Below, one piece after another: positions 39,080-49,675 of a stretch of DNA of 63,567 bases. The notes under the pieces were generated by a model. That model searched no databases, was not told the origin of the DNA, and worked only from the letters and a program-made list of their open reading frames with translations. The DNA comes from Acidobacteriota bacterium (GTDB lineage Bacteria > Acidobacteriota > Vicinamibacteria > Vicinamibacterales > UBA2999). Position 1 is the stretch's first letter. Each line of letters begins with the position of its first letter. The translations under genes were made by a program, and so were the position numbers. Where the stretch lies: contig JBKPDL010000027.1 of NCBI GenBank assembly GCA_046727855.1, positions 1-63,567 on the forward strand, in the 5' to 3' direction.

Positions 39080-39207
39080 CGCGAATCTGGAGATTTGGTG
39101 ATTTTGAGATTTGGATATTTTGTGAATTTGGCGATTGCCAAATTTCCAGATTTGCAAATCGCCAAATCGTCTCCAATTCTCCAGATCGCCAACTCTCCAA
39201 ATTCGCG
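39080..39207. repeat. octamer inverted-array element, complete copy 5
   Basis: CGCGAATCTGGAGA ... TCTCCAAATTCGCG. Confidence 0.9.
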
Positions 39208-39256
39208 ATCCCACCCTCTCGAACTTTCACCGCGCGTTCAAGGAGATCGACGCGCC

Positions 39257-40522
39257 ATGACGGGCACATTGCTTTCGCGGCGCTCAATCCTGCACGGTGT
39301 CGCAGCGGCCGTGGCGCCGCTCGCGTTTGGCACGCGGGCGCACGCGGCACGGCAAACATCGAGTGGCGAGATCGATCCGCTGAACACTGACGTGCTCCCG
39401 CGCGGCATCCGCTCGCGCTTCGTCAACGGGGTGAACGGTCTGCGGATGCACGTGCTCGAGGCCGGCTACGAGACGCCCGGCCGGCCAGGGGTCCTTTTGA
39501 TTCACGGCTTTCCCGAGCTCGCCTACAGCTGGCGCCACGTGATGGTACCGCTCGCCTCGGCGGGCTATCACGTGTTCGCGCCCGACATGCGCGGCTACGG
39601 CCGGACCACTCCCGCGCCGGTCGATTACGACGCCGACCTGCGCCCGTTTGGAACCGTGAACCGGATCAGGGACATGCTCGCGCTCGTGTCGGCGATGGGC
39701 CATCGCTCGCTCGCGGCCGTGTTCGGGCACGACATGGGATCACCGTTGGCGGGCTGGTGCGCGCTCGCGCGCCCCGAAATCTTTCGCGCGGTCGTGATGA
39801 TGAGCGCGCCGTTCGGCGGCGCACCCGTGCTGCCGTTCAACACAGCGAACGCTGCAGCCGCGCCCGCGCCACGGACATCGGCGTCGCCCGAGGCGGTTTA
39901 CGAGGAGCTCGCGAAGCTCTCGCCGCCACGCAAGCACTACCAGCGCTATTACCAAACACGCGAGGCGAACGCGAACATGTGGCATCCGGCGCAGGGCCTG
40001 CACGCGTTCCTGCGCGCCTACTACCACATGAAGAGCGCCGACTGGAAACAGAACCATCCCCGTCCGCTTGCCGCGCGCACCGCCACCGAGTGGGCGAAGC
40101 TGCCGCGCTATTACGTCATGGATCTCGACAAGGGGATGGCGGAGCAGGTGGCCGCCGAGATGCCGACGCCGGCGGAGGTCGCCGCCAATCGTTGGCTGCC
40201 CGATTCAGAACTTCGCGTCTACACCGAGGAGTATGGCCGCACGGGCTTTCAGGGCGGCCTCAATGGGTATCGCGGTAGCCCTGGGAACGAGGATCTGCAG
40301 CTCTTTGCGGGAAGGACTATCGACGTGCCATCCAGCTTCATGAGCGGGAAGCAGGATTGGGGCGTGTATCAAAACCCGGGGGCACTCGAACGGCTCGAGA
40401 AGAGCATCACCACGACGTACCGCGGCACGCACTTGATAGACGGCGCCGGGCATTGGGTGCAGCAGGAGCAGCCCGAGGAGCTCACGCGGTTACTGCTCGA
40501 TTTCCTGCGTCGCGTTTCCTGA
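39257..40522 (+). CDS. Tat-signal alpha/beta hydrolase (epoxide hydrolase-like)
   Basis: SRRSIL signal; HGFPE, GHDMG, GAGHWVQQE. Confidence 0.9.
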   Translation: MTGTLLSRRSILHGVAAAVAPLAFGTRAHAARQTSSGEIDPLNTDVLPRGIRSRFVNGVNGLRMHVLEAGYETPGRPGVLLIHGFPELAYSWRHVMVPLASAGYHVFAPDMRGYGRTTPAPVDYDADLRPFGTVNRIRDMLALVSAMGHRSLAAVFGHDMGSPLAGWCALARPEIFRAVVMMSAPFGGAPVLPFNTANAAAAPAPRTSASPEAVYEELAKLSPPRKHYQRYYQTREANANMWHPAQGLHAFLRAYYHMKSADWKQNHPRPLAARTATEWAKLPRYYVMDLDKGMAEQVAAEMPTPAEVAANRWLPDSELRVYTEEYGRTGFQGGLNGYRGSPGNEDLQLFAGRTIDVPSSFMSGKQDWGVYQNPGALERLEKSITTTYRGTHLIDGAGHWVQQEQPEELTRLLLDFLRRVS

Positions 40523-40593
40523 GGGAGCGGCCGCCTCTTCAGTGTACCCTTCTCGGCCATAGCCGGCTGAAAAGCCCGGAACCGTTGAGCTCC

Positions 40594-40856
40594 ATGGACC
40601 TTACTGGCAGAACGTTCAAGCAACACCAGATCGAGACACAGGTTGGTGCCGGCGGGCTGGGTGTCGTCTATCGCGCGCGCGATACCGTGCCTGGCCGTGA
40701 GGTCGCGCTAAATGTCCTGCCGCCAAGTGCGTTGGACGATGACGAGGCCGCGCCGGCGGTTTTTGCGCGAAGCGCGCGCTGCTTCCGTGCTCAACCGCCC
40801 CAACGTGGTCACCATCTACGAAATCGGTTCCGCTGAGGGGATCGACTTCATCGCCA
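40594..40856 (+). pseudogene. Ser/Thr protein kinase N-lobe remnant
   Basis: GAGGLGVVY, VALN in place of VAxK, frameshift to [18 protein letters not shown], truncated after DFIA. Confidence 0.8.
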
Positions 40857-40870
40857 GGTCGTCATCCGAT

Positions 40871-41296
40871 TCAGGCGTTTAGGCTGGGCCGCGACGAGAC
40901 GATGGTAAATGCGCGACCGAGCAGCGGGCGCGCGGGATGGTCGGCGAGGCGTTCTATCGCTTCGGAAAACGTGACCCACGCGCGCTCACGGCTGCGGTGT
41001 TCGTCCCAGATGTTCGCCTCGACGAGCACGTCCATCAGATAAACGGTCACGACAAACGAGCAACCCCATTTCTCGTACTCGTAGCTGCCGACCGTCGTCA
41101 TCAAGCGGCCGCGGAGACCTGCTTCTTCCCACGCTTCGTTGAGCGCTGTGTCCTGAGAACTGTCGCCGCGGTCGATCATCCCCTTTGGAATGCCCCACCG
41201 ATCGCGATCCTTGCGGCGGATGACGCAAACGTCGACCGCGTTGCCAACGCGGCGAATAGCAATGACGCCCGCCTGTCTGATCCTACGATTCGCCAC
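40871..41296 (-). CDS. NUDIX hydrolase
   Basis: WGIPKG...[11 protein letters not shown] Nudix box. Confidence 0.88.
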   Translation of the reverse strand: MANRRIRQAGVIAIRRVGNAVDVCVIRRKDRDRWGIPKGMIDRGDSSQDTALNEAWEEAGLRGRLMTTVGSYEYEKWGCSFVVTVYLMDVLVEANIWDEHRSRERAWVTFSEAIERLADHPARPLLGRAFTIVSSRPSLNA

Positions 41297-41310
41297 GGGA
41301 CCAGATTACT

Positions 41311-41422
41311 CGCGAATCTGGTGGAGATTTAGCAAATTTGGCGATCGCGAAATTTTCAAATCTCCAAATCTCCACCTCTCCAAATCTTCAAATCTCCACA
41401 TCGCCACCTCGCCAAATTCGCG
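41311..41422. repeat. octamer inverted-array element, complete copy 6
   Basis: CGCGAATCTGG ... CCAAATTCGCG. Confidence 0.9.
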
Positions 41423-41465
41423 TGGCGTCGGGTCAGAGACGCAAGCCGACGCCGATCATCTCGGC

Positions 41466-42134
41466 TCAAACCCACGTGGCGATTTGCTCCAGCGACTTCT
41501 TCGTGATTGCAGGCACCGTCGCCGACTCTGCTGGGAAGCCTGCAACCAGGATGAGAAATGGGCGCTCGTGCGATGGGCGTCCGAGGATCTCGTTGAGAAA
41601 TCGCATCGGGCTGGGCGTGTGCGTCAGCGACACCAACCCGGCGTGATGAATCGCCGTAATCAGCATGCCGGTCGCGATGCCTACCGACTCCTGCGTGTAG
41701 TAGTGCTTCACCTTTCGTCCGTCGGGGAGCACGCCATAGGTTTCCGCAAAGACGGCGATGAGAAACGGCGCGTCTTCGAGGAAGGGCTTGTGCTCGTCGG
41801 TGCCAAGCGGTGCGAGGGCATCGAGCCATTCTTGCGGCGCCTTGCGGTGATAGAAGTCGTATTCCTCTTTTTCCGCCTCTGCTCTGATCCTGCGCTTAAT
41901 CGCGGGATCGGAAACGACTACGAAATGCCACGGCTGCATGTTTGCGCCGCTGGGAGCCGTCCCTGCGGCACGTAGGCACTCCTCGATGACGTCGCGCGGC
42001 ACTGGCCGCTGAGCGAAATGCCGCACCGTGCGGCGCGTCTGCATCGATTCGCGGAATGCTGTCGCGCGCCGTCTCATGAGATCCACCGGGTATTCCTGAT
42101 AGCCAGACAGAGCGATAAACGTCGGTTGCGTCAT
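41466..42134 (-). CDS. nitroreductase family, iodotyrosine deiodinase-like
   Basis: [43 protein letters not shown]. Confidence 0.85.
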   Translation of the reverse strand: MTQPTFIALSGYQEYPVDLMRRRATAFRESMQTRRTVRHFAQRPVPRDVIEECLRAAGTAPSGANMQPWHFVVVSDPAIKRRIRAEAEKEEYDFYHRKAPQEWLDALAPLGTDEHKPFLEDAPFLIAVFAETYGVLPDGRKVKHYYTQESVGIATGMLITAIHHAGLVSLTHTPSPMRFLNEILGRPSHERPFLILVAGFPAESATVPAITKKSLEQIATWV

Positions 42135-42147
42135 TGATGGAGATCCC

Positions 42148-43101
42148 TCAACGACATAGCGCGCGCGCGACATAAAGATCGACGCGGTTGAAGCAACTCT
42201 GCGGCGTGCACGGCTTAGCGGCGGCCGAATCCGCCCGCGCGGACATGAAGTAGAGTGTTTGTTGATCGTATGAGATGAACGGCGCCAGCGTCATCGCTCC
42301 AGCAGCGTTGACTTCTGGCCCAAGCCGCCTGGGCGAACTCCACTCCTGACTCGTGGATGGGCGCGTTGAGACCCAGATATCGATGCTGCCGCCGCGCTCG
42401 GACGCGAAGTACAACGTTTTGCCATCCGCCGACAAGGATGGGGAGAACTCTGCGCGCTCCGAGTTGATTTCGCGAGGTAATGGCCGCGGCGCGCCCCACC
42501 CCTGTTCGCGGCTGGCGCGCGTCGTCACCCAGATGTCGGAGTCCTGACTGTCGAACGTTGTGGAGCGGTTGAAATAGAGTTCCGTTCCATCGGCACTGAG
42601 CGTTGGGAACGCTTCAAACGCATCAGTATTGAGCGGCGCGCCGAGATTCACTGCCGCACCCCACGGGTCGCGCCTGGACTTGCGCGTGGCAACGCACATA
42701 TCTGACTTGCCAAAACCACCGGCGCGAGTCGACCCGAAGTACAAGGACAGCGCGTCGAGGGAGAGGCGCAGCGAGAAGTCGCCGGCGCTCGGGTCGTCGA
42801 TCGGCCCGGCGAGATTCACCGGCTCGCTCCACGGAGCGTCCTTGCTCTGACGGGTGGATACAAACAGGTCCTGCTCGCCTTTTCGAGCGGATGTGAAGAA
42901 CAACTCCCTCTCGTCTGATGACACTGTGGGGCTGCCGTCGAACGCAGGACTGCTGACAACATGCAGGCGCTGTGTCGATTCGAATTCGCAGACGGCGCTT
43001 CGTGCTCCGCCGAGCGAGTTCCGCTCCGGCGCACAACAGGTCGCCAGTGCCCCGATACCAACGCCCGCGACGGTGCGCACAAACGATGATCGAAACGGCA
43101 T
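42148..43101 (-). CDS. PD40/TolB-like beta-propeller protein
   Basis: Repeated P.LS.DG..LYF.S.R..D(I/L)(W/F)V.TR blades. Confidence 0.85.
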   Translation of the reverse strand: MPFRSSFVRTVAGVGIGALATCCAPERNSLGGARSAVCEFESTQRLHVVSSPAFDGSPTVSSDERELFFTSARKGEQDLFVSTRQSKDAPWSEPVNLAGPIDDPSAGDFSLRLSLDALSLYFGSTRAGGFGKSDMCVATRKSRRDPWGAAVNLGAPLNTDAFEAFPTLSADGTELYFNRSTTFDSQDSDIWVTTRASREQGWGAPRPLPREINSERAEFSPSLSADGKTLYFASERGGSIDIWVSTRPSTSQEWSSPRRLGPEVNAAGAMTLAPFISYDQQTLYFMSARADSAAAKPCTPQSCFNRVDLYVARALCR

Positions 43102-43143
43102 GGCGTTCAGAGCCGGAGATGAACGTGGTTGCGTATCGTAGAT

Positions 43144-43196
43144 CGGGACGGAGGTCCCTAGCGGGGACGGAGGTCGCTAGCGGGGACGGAGGTCGC
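43144..43196. repeat. 19-bp tandem repeat x3, copy D
   Basis: Two perfect TAGCGGGGACGGAGGTCGC units plus one partial variant. Confidence 0.9.
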
Positions 43197-43298
43197 CTCT
43201 ACCGCTGGACCGCCGAGCGTGGCGCGCCTGATCGGCAATCGCAACTCGCCCAGCCATCCTGTTCGAGCCACTCCTTTACGGCCAAGCTGCGCCACAAT

Positions 43299-43320
43299 AA
43301 AAGGGGGTCAGACCCCTTTT
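43299..43320. repeat. AAAAGGGGTCAGACCCCTTTT-type REP-like palindrome
   Basis: AAAAGGGGGTCAGACCCCTTTT. Confidence 0.85.
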
Positions 43321-43350
43321 CTCCGACGCGCAATGAAAGCGCGACCGGCG

Positions 43351-43755
43351 TCATGTGGCTTTAGGTTGATGCAGGAGCATCCATGACGTGCCGAACTTGT
43401 CGCGTAGCATCGCGAAGCGATTGGCGAACGGTGTCTTCTCCATCTTCATGAAGATCTCGCCACCATCCACGAGCAGGGCGTACGTGCGCTCCGCGTCCTC
43501 CTCACGGTCGAGAGAGAGGGTGAGATAGGCACTGCGCATCGGTTCGGCATGCGCAATGTCCGCCCCCATGAGCACCGTTGAGCCGATCTCGATGCGGGCG
43601 TGAAGGACCTTCTCTTTCCAGTCGGCCGGCGTGGCCGGGTTGGGCTGTTCCCCATGCCGCACTATTCCAGTGACCTTGCCGCCGAGGTGTTGCTCGTAGA
43701 AGCGGAAGGCCTCCTCGCAGTTGCCCCGATAGTTCAGATAGATGTCTAATCGCAT
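43351..43755 (-). CDS. VOC family protein (PhnB-like)
   Basis: YLNYRGNCEEAFRFY, HARIEIG, DKFGTSW. Confidence 0.9.
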   Translation of the reverse strand: MRLDIYLNYRGNCEEAFRFYEQHLGGKVTGIVRHGEQPNPATPADWKEKVLHARIEIGSTVLMGADIAHAEPMRSAYLTLSLDREEDAERTYALLVDGGEIFMKMEKTPFANRFAMLRDKFGTSWMLLHQPKAT

Positions 43756-43834
43756 CGAGTCACTCCGTTCAACTCTGCGCCTCACGGCCACAGTTACGTC
43801 GTCCCGCACTGTCGAAGGATAGAGCCATGTGTCG

Positions 43835-43865
43835 CCGCCTAACGGCTTGCGCGCGGGTTAGGCGG
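43835..43865 (-). other. collapsed attC-like site (R''/R' only)
   Basis: CCGCCTAAC-N13-GTTAGGCGG: perfect RYYYAAC and GTTRRRY boxes at the 3' end of the upstream gene. Confidence 0.55.
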
Positions 43866-44391
43866 GGCGGGCAGATTCGCCAGCGTCGCCTTGACCCATT
43901 GGAGCCACGCCTCATCCGGGCCACGGAGCTGCTCGTTCACTGGGCCGAGTGCTTCCGGGTAGACCAGATAATCCGCCATCGCGCGCCTGCAGAAATAGAA
44001 GAAAGTCGGCTCCACGCCGATACGCGGTCGCGACACAGTCGCCACGTCGACCCTCAGGCCGGATAAAACGATACGGAGGATCGTGGTCGTTGAAGTCGTC
44101 GCGTTCGTTCAGCACGCCAGGCAAGATCACGACGCCTGATGGCACCGACCCCTTGAGAGTTTCCTGGACGGTAAACCGGATCGTCCCCAGCTGAAAGCCC
44201 TGCCTGAATCGCTCGCCGCCCGCTCGTACGACGTATTCGTCTGCAGTCGCTCGCACAATGACATCCGCGCCCCGGAGCATGCCTTCGACAGAAATCGGCA
44301 CTATGCGCGTGCAGGAGTGCACTGGATTGGCGTAGACAACCACGCACGTCAGCGCGAACGCACCATGGACCCGATGTTTATGCCTGAGCAT
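43839..44391 (-). pseudogene. frameshifted secreted hypothetical (cassette-like) gene
   Basis: Signal peptide + body to FLLFLQ; continues in another frame near 43975 as YLVYPEALGPVNEQLRGPDEAWLQWV. Confidence 0.6.
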
Positions 44392-44410
44392 ACGGTCGAA
44401 TAACTGCTCC

Positions 44411-44510
44411 GCTTAGACGCTCTGCGGCTCACCCGCGGTGGCCGCGCGATTCTGATTCTACTCGTCTCGGTGATGAAGCGGTCACCGTCGGGTGCAGTCT
44501 CGGGTTAGCC
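44411..44510 (-). other. integron attC-like site
   Basis: GGCTAAC-CCGAGA-CT(G)CACCCG(A)CGGTGACCGC...GCGGCCACCGCGGGTGAG-CCGCAGAGC-GTCTAAGC; two extrahelical bases; R' degenerate. Confidence 0.75.
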
Positions 44511-44528
44511 AGCAGGCGTTACTGGCAC

Positions 44529-44993
44529 TTGAATGATGTGCGCAAGTTGGTCGCCGCGTTCATGGAGTTCGACGAAAACGTGAGCCTGCAATTCGAGCAG
44601 AACATCAAGACCTACGGTGTCAAGGGTCACAAAGTGAAGTTGATGGAAAACTTCGCCGACCCGGTGTACGTGGGACACCTGCGCGAAACGATCAACGGAT
44701 TCTCGTACGGGAACACGCCGGCGTTGGTGATGAAGAAAGGCGAGCGCGTACGCTGGTATCTCTTTGCCACCACCAACTTCGAGGTGCACGCGCCGCACTG
44801 GCATGGCAACACGGTTGTTGCGCGCCACATGCGAACCGATGTCACCACACTGCTGCCGATGGACATGGTGGTGGCGGAGATGCAACCGGACAACCCCGGC
44901 ACGTGGTTATTCCACTGCCACACCGGCCCGCACCTGCGCGCCGGCATGGTGACGCGCTACATCGTCGAGGAGGCGGCGACGACGACCCACTGA
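44529..44993 (+). pseudogene. multicopper oxidase C-terminal fragment
   Basis: HAPHWHG and HCHTGPHLRAGM copper motifs; no N-terminal domain, signal peptide or clear RBS. Confidence 0.75.
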
Positions 44994-45299
44994 ACGCCTG
45001 CGATTGGAATCCGGTGTCATCGGATTGCGAGTGCACCGGTTATGGTCCGCCGGGTGATGTCCAACGCCGCGGCTTTCACTTGCGTGTGAGACCTCGTCGG
45101 CGCTATGCCGATTCGCCTCATTCCCTAACAGCTGCAGCCCCGGCCGTCCGGAACCCGAATCCGTTCGACGCTCTCCGAAGATTCTGACCTACCGCCCACC
45201 TTAGCGTTATGCTGCGGTTCCGCAGGGCCGGCCGAAACATCCTGGTCGACTTACGTCTGGTTGGGCAGAACCGAACCGACAGCAGAAAAAGGAGACCCT

Positions 45300-45810
45300 A
45301 TGACGATGACACGAAGAGGGCGCGCAAGAATTCTTGGCTACCTGATCGTGCTCGGATTGTCTGCGGCCCCTGCGGCCGCCGACGTCGTCACCGACCGGAA
45401 CCTCATCACGCAAACAGTAGTTGAAACGGCGCGAGCACTCGTCCGACGCCTTCGGGCAGTCTGGATTTTGCGATGGTTCACATGGCTCCGTCGTGCCGTT
45501 TGCGCTGAACGACTCCACTGGCCTGTTGCCTGAACCGCCGCCGCCGCACCTGCTGAGCGGCGCATACGCGAACGCGTACAACGAGGTCAAGACTATTGGC
45601 GCACGCTTCAATAGCTCGCGGACGCCCGAGCAGACCGACTTCGCGTTGTTCTACTCGGACAACTTCGGAAACCAGCTGAACCGGGCCGTGGGGGCAATCG
45701 CCGCCGCCCACCTGAGCGATGTCGGCGACAGCGCGCGCCTCTTTGCGCTTGCGAATATCGCGGCGGCAGATGCCCTCATGAGCTCCTGGAACACCAAGAG
45801 GTATTACGCC
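45300..45810 (+). pseudogene. vanadium haloperoxidase/PAP2-like remnant
   Basis: Signal + ADVVTD(R)N, then frame change to YNEVKTIG..RTPEQT..ARLFAL.N..ADA..W..K..Y; catalytic C-terminus missing. Confidence 0.75.
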
Positions 45811-46175
45811 TTGCTAGTGAAGAGTTTCGGCCAACGCGGCGAATGGTTCGTCCGCGAGGTGCGGCGCAGTTTCGGCTGGTCGTGCACGATTCTTGTGCTC
45901 GAATGGGCGCGGTCGCCGAAGACGTCCAAACACGGGTACAAAACGAACGGCGGGGATTCGCCCCGCCGTTGCAACGTCCGCGCTTCATGCCGAGGCGGGG
46001 CTCACTGCGGTCGCACCAGCACGGGGCAAGGTGCGTTCACTCCCGTCAACGCAGAGATGAGAGCGAGTTTTAGATGCTCTCGTCGCCTCCGCGATCCACA
46101 CCCCGCGAGCGCCATCGACGAAGATTCCCGCGGTGGAGCGCCAACATACCCGAACTCCCGACGCGCACCGGGCGA

Positions 46176-46847
46176 CTACGCCGCGTTGGTTCGTTCGCTT
46201 TCGACGATTCTGCCGCGCTCGAGCCAGGCGATCGCGGCGGCGAACAGGGCATACGCGATCAGCGCCGTAGCCGCCATCGCACGATCCGATGACGGCGGCG
46301 GACTGTACAACATGCCGGCCTGCATCACGAGAATAGCGACGCAAAAAACCGGGATCGCGTAACGCGCGCGACTGGTGCGCGGCCGCGACCGGTTCAAATA
46401 GAGTGTCATGGCGCCAAGGAGCAAGCTTCCTTCGAGAGCGAGTGTCAGATATGGATAGTTCCACAATCCGAACCCGACCTTGGCGGCGTCGTCGTAAAGT
46501 GCGAGGTCGGGCCGGTGGACCACGAGATCGAGCGGCCAATGTGAGAAGACCGCAACTCCGACGATCGCCGCGCTGCGGCCCGAACCGCTGATCAGCCGGT
46601 ACGCGATGGCCGCTATACCCGCCCACGCCAGCGACCCAGGAAGGCTGTGCGTGTAAGGCATGTAGTAGAGGTCCAGGGCGTTCGTCGCGGTGAATCCAGG
46701 GACGATTCGGACCCGTTCCACTCCGAGAAAGACCAAGATCGCCCAGAAAACGTCGAGTAGCTGGACGGCGAGAAAGAGAAGCCAAAGCGGAATACTCGGG
46801 ACCAGCGTCTTCGCGACGAAGCTGGGACCGTAGTGTCCGACGAACAT
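46176..46847 (-). CDS. membrane-bound metal-dependent hydrolase-like protein
   Basis: MFVGHY, QLLDV, YTHSL, SHWPLDLVVH. Confidence 0.8.
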   Translation of the reverse strand: MFVGHYGPSFVAKTLVPSIPLWLLFLAVQLLDVFWAILVFLGVERVRIVPGFTATNALDLYYMPYTHSLPGSLAWAGIAAIAYRLISGSGRSAAIVGVAVFSHWPLDLVVHRPDLALYDDAAKVGFGLWNYPYLTLALEGSLLLGAMTLYLNRSRPRTSRARYAIPVFCVAILVMQAGMLYSPPPSSDRAMAATALIAYALFAAAIAWLERGRIVESERTNAA

Positions 46848-46938
46848 GCATCCCTCCAGCTGCAGCGTGGGAATGCCTAGCCCACGCACTGGCAGCGAAC
46901 CTGCAAACCTGCAACCGTGCGCACCTTAGAATACGTCC

Positions 46939-48024
46939 ATGCCGCTCACCAACTACGTGACGCTTGGCCGCTCGGGTCTGCGCGTCAGCCCGTTCTGTCT
47001 CGGCGCGATGACCTTTGGCGAAGACTGGGGATGGGGATCGACGGTTGAAGAATCGGAAGCGATCCTGGGCCGTTATCTCGATCTCGGCGGCAATTTCATC
47101 GACACGGCGAACGGTTACACAAAAGGTCACTCCGAGGCGATCATCGGCGACTTCTTCGCGCGCACGCCGGGGCGGCGCGATCGCGTGGTCATCGCGACCA
47201 AGTTCTCGACGAATATGTTTCTCGGTGACCCCAACGCCGGCGGCGCAAGTCGCAAGACCATCGTCGAATCGTGCGAGCACTCGCTGCGGCGACTGCAGAC
47301 CGACTACATCGATCTCTACTGGATGCACTTCTGGGATCCGTACACGCCGATCGACGAGACAATGCGCGCGCTCGACGATCTCGTGCGCGCGGGCAAGGTG
47401 CGTTACATCGGCGTATCCGATACGCCGGCCTGGAAAGTGGCGCAGGCGCAGGTGCTCGCGGAGCTGCGCCGCTGGACGCCGTTCGTCGCTCTGCAGATCG
47501 AGTATTCACTGATCGAGCGTACGGTCGAAGGCGAGCTGGTGCCGATGGCGCGCGAAATGGGGCTCGGCATCACGCCGTGGTCGCCGCTGCGCGGCGGCGT
47601 CCTGTCGGGTAAGTACACCCGAGCGAACGCGAAGGACGCCAATCCGGATCGCGGCGATCGCGTGACGGCGTTCCTTACCGAGCGCAATCTTGCGATCATC
47701 GATGAGTTGATTCGCGTCGCTCACGATCTCGGCGCGACGCCTGCGGCCGCGGCGCTCGCGTGGGTGCAATCGCGACCAGGCGTCGCGTCTACGATCGTCG
47801 GCGCGCGGCGGATGCAGCAGCTCGAGGACAATCTCAAGGCGATCGATCTCGTACTGCCGGCGGAGCACGTCGCCGCGCTCGACAAGATGTCGGAGCCGAC
47901 GCTCAACTTTCCGGCGCCGTTCTTCCAGATGATCCCGATGTTCGCGCAGGGAGGAACGACGGTGAATGGGACGCCGTCGATCGAGTGGGCGCTGGCGCCG
48001 AAGACGGGGGATAAGCGGTACTAG
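46939..48024 (+). CDS. aldo/keto reductase
   Basis: LGRSGLRVS, FIDTANGY, IATK, DYIDLY..H, GKVRYIGVS. Confidence 0.93.
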   Translation: MPLTNYVTLGRSGLRVSPFCLGAMTFGEDWGWGSTVEESEAILGRYLDLGGNFIDTANGYTKGHSEAIIGDFFARTPGRRDRVVIATKFSTNMFLGDPNAGGASRKTIVESCEHSLRRLQTDYIDLYWMHFWDPYTPIDETMRALDDLVRAGKVRYIGVSDTPAWKVAQAQVLAELRRWTPFVALQIEYSLIERTVEGELVPMAREMGLGITPWSPLRGGVLSGKYTRANAKDANPDRGDRVTAFLTERNLAIIDELIRVAHDLGATPAAAALAWVQSRPGVASTIVGARRMQQLEDNLKAIDLVLPAEHVAALDKMSEPTLNFPAPFFQMIPMFAQGGTTVNGTPSIEWALAPKTGDKRY

Positions 48025-48075
48025 CGTTTCGAGGGTCCACCTTCCGGGTTCAGGGTTCCAGGTTTACGCCGCGCG

Positions 48076-48375
48076 CTACCCGCGAACCACCGCGCCAAGT
48101 GGCATGGGATGGACCTCGAAGCTAAACCCCGCGCCCGATTGGATGGTCGGATCGCTGTCGGTAAAGGCGCGGGCTGCGTCGGCGGTTTCGAAGTCGACGA
48201 TGCCTACGCCGAAGGCGCCGGCGGGATCAGCTACGAGGCCAAAGAAGATGACGTTGCCTCGCTGCATCCACTCGCGCCAGTAAACCGCGTGTGCTTGCAT
48301 CAGCTGTTGCTCGGCGGGGGTCATGTCCTGGGCAAAGGTCGGGCGCGGCGCTATCAGCTTGCAAAAGAAGTTCAT
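48076..48375 (-). CDS. YciI family protein
   Basis: PRPTF, H..YW, FGLVADP.G, DP motif; GAGG RBS. Confidence 0.85.
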   Translation of the reverse strand: MNFFCKLIAPRPTFAQDMTPAEQQLMQAHAVYWREWMQRGNVIFFGLVADPAGAFGVGIVDFETADAARAFTDSDPTIQSGAGFSFEVHPMPLGAVVRG

Positions 48376-48424
48376 GTCGCCTCTGTACGTGATGGCTATG
48401 CTCGTCCATATTTCAAAACGACCG

Positions 48425-48539
48425 CGGTAACGTCTTGCCGCTCACCAGCGAGCGGCGCTGTCTTGTAACTCGAGCCACACTGAGCTGAGGGCTATTTCAA
48501 ACATCGCGCGCCGCTCGTCGCGTGCAGCGGCTCTCAGGC
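48425..48539 (-). other. integron attC-like site
   Basis: GCCTGAG-AG-CCGCT(G)CAC-GCG(A)CGAGCGGCGC...GCGCCGCTCGCTG-GTGAGCGG-CAAGAC-GTTACCG; begins 10 nt after the stop of 48550-49080. Confidence 0.75.
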
Positions 48540-48549
48540 GGCACTGGCT

Positions 48550-49080
48550 TCAGCGGCGACCAGCGTAGCGCTCCTGATGCGTCTCGCCCTCGAGATTATT
48601 AGTGTCTAAAGGTCTTTCCTCGATCAACTCCTCTGGATCGACAGTGTGAAAAGAGAGCATTCCCCAAGGTTCTGGCCCAACGAACAGCCGGTGCCACGTC
48701 GAAGGCGGAATGCTGACCCAGCGCCGTTCGAGGCTGTCGCGTTCGGTACTCGTGAGCGGATGTGAGCGCCAGTTGGATCCGTCTCGTAACTCAAACGTTC
48801 CACTCCCAGCCAGGGACAACGACCGCTGGTGGCTGATCGGATGTCGCTCCGCCCCTGTTGCCGCCAGAGCGCGAATCACGAAGATCCAGCAGGAACGGAT
48901 GCTCGCCGGAAAACCATCCTCGAAGGCGCTGAGAGGGACGATCTCCCAGGCCATGAGTTTTGTCGAGGTGTCGAGCTGCTGAACCACCCGTCGGAGCGTT
49001 TCAGTTATGGTTGCCGCGGCGGAGTCTGTGCGGACAACTTCATTCAGCGCGGGAAGTACCGGGTCCTGGGCAACGTTCAT
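48550..49080 (-). CDS. hypothetical cupin-like protein (cassette-like)
   Basis: ERHP.SHQ, SIPPSTWH His pattern. Confidence 0.65.
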   Translation of the reverse strand: MNVAQDPVLPALNEVVRTDSAAATITETLRRVVQQLDTSTKLMAWEIVPLSAFEDGFPASIRSCWIFVIRALAATGAERHPISHQRSLSLAGSGTFELRDGSNWRSHPLTSTERDSLERRWVSIPPSTWHRLFVGPEPWGMLSFHTVDPEELIEERPLDTNNLEGETHQERYAGRR

Positions 49081-49279
49081 TTGAGGTTACCTGTTGAGGG
49101 GCCGCGAGCAGCGATCACGATTGTCTCAGATCGCGCAGCGTGCTCGACGGTTCTTTGCAGGAATGTAGGTTCAGCTTCTCGCAGAGCCGCTGTCGCGGAT
49201 CGCATCTCTCACGTCCCGCCGTGAGGCAAGTAGCAGCGCCGTAAAGAATGACAACACGTTGCGTCGCATGATGACCGCC

Positions 49280-49675
49280 GCGATCATGAGCGCGGCGCCT
49301 TTCGCGTTTTCGCCTTGCGTCACGAACGCGAATCGATCACCGGCGGGATGGAACGAGGGCAGCGGCGTTGTGGGAGCAAACTCGAAGGCGGGATCGCGAC
49401 TCCAGATTTTGACCCACGGTTTCCGCTGCAGCGGATCGCTTGTGATACACGACGCGCGTGCCGTCGGGAGACCACGCCGCCGATCGAATGTCCCCTGCCG
49501 GACCGCGCCGGCCGTCGGAATATTGAACGCCGCGCTCGTCCCCGTCCTTGCGGAGATAGGCAACGACATCGCCGCGCAGCACCGACGGATTGAATTTCAC
49601 GCCAGCGCCGACCGGCGACGGCGCGCCAATCTCGTTGATACCGCGGACACGTACGTAATAGACGCCTGGCGCGCG
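49280..49675 (-). pseudogene. mosaic of gene fragments (FN3-like piece + TolB-like propeller piece)
   Basis: APGVYYVRVRGINEIG abutting AAWSPDGTRVVYHK, then a frame change to PSFHPAGDRFAF. Confidence 0.55.

Noticed and set aside
32020-45170. Plus-strand attC-like traces near 32020-32117, 35095-35165, 36860-36890, 45123-45170
   Set aside because: Only isolated boxes without convincing paired arms; too degenerate to call by eye.
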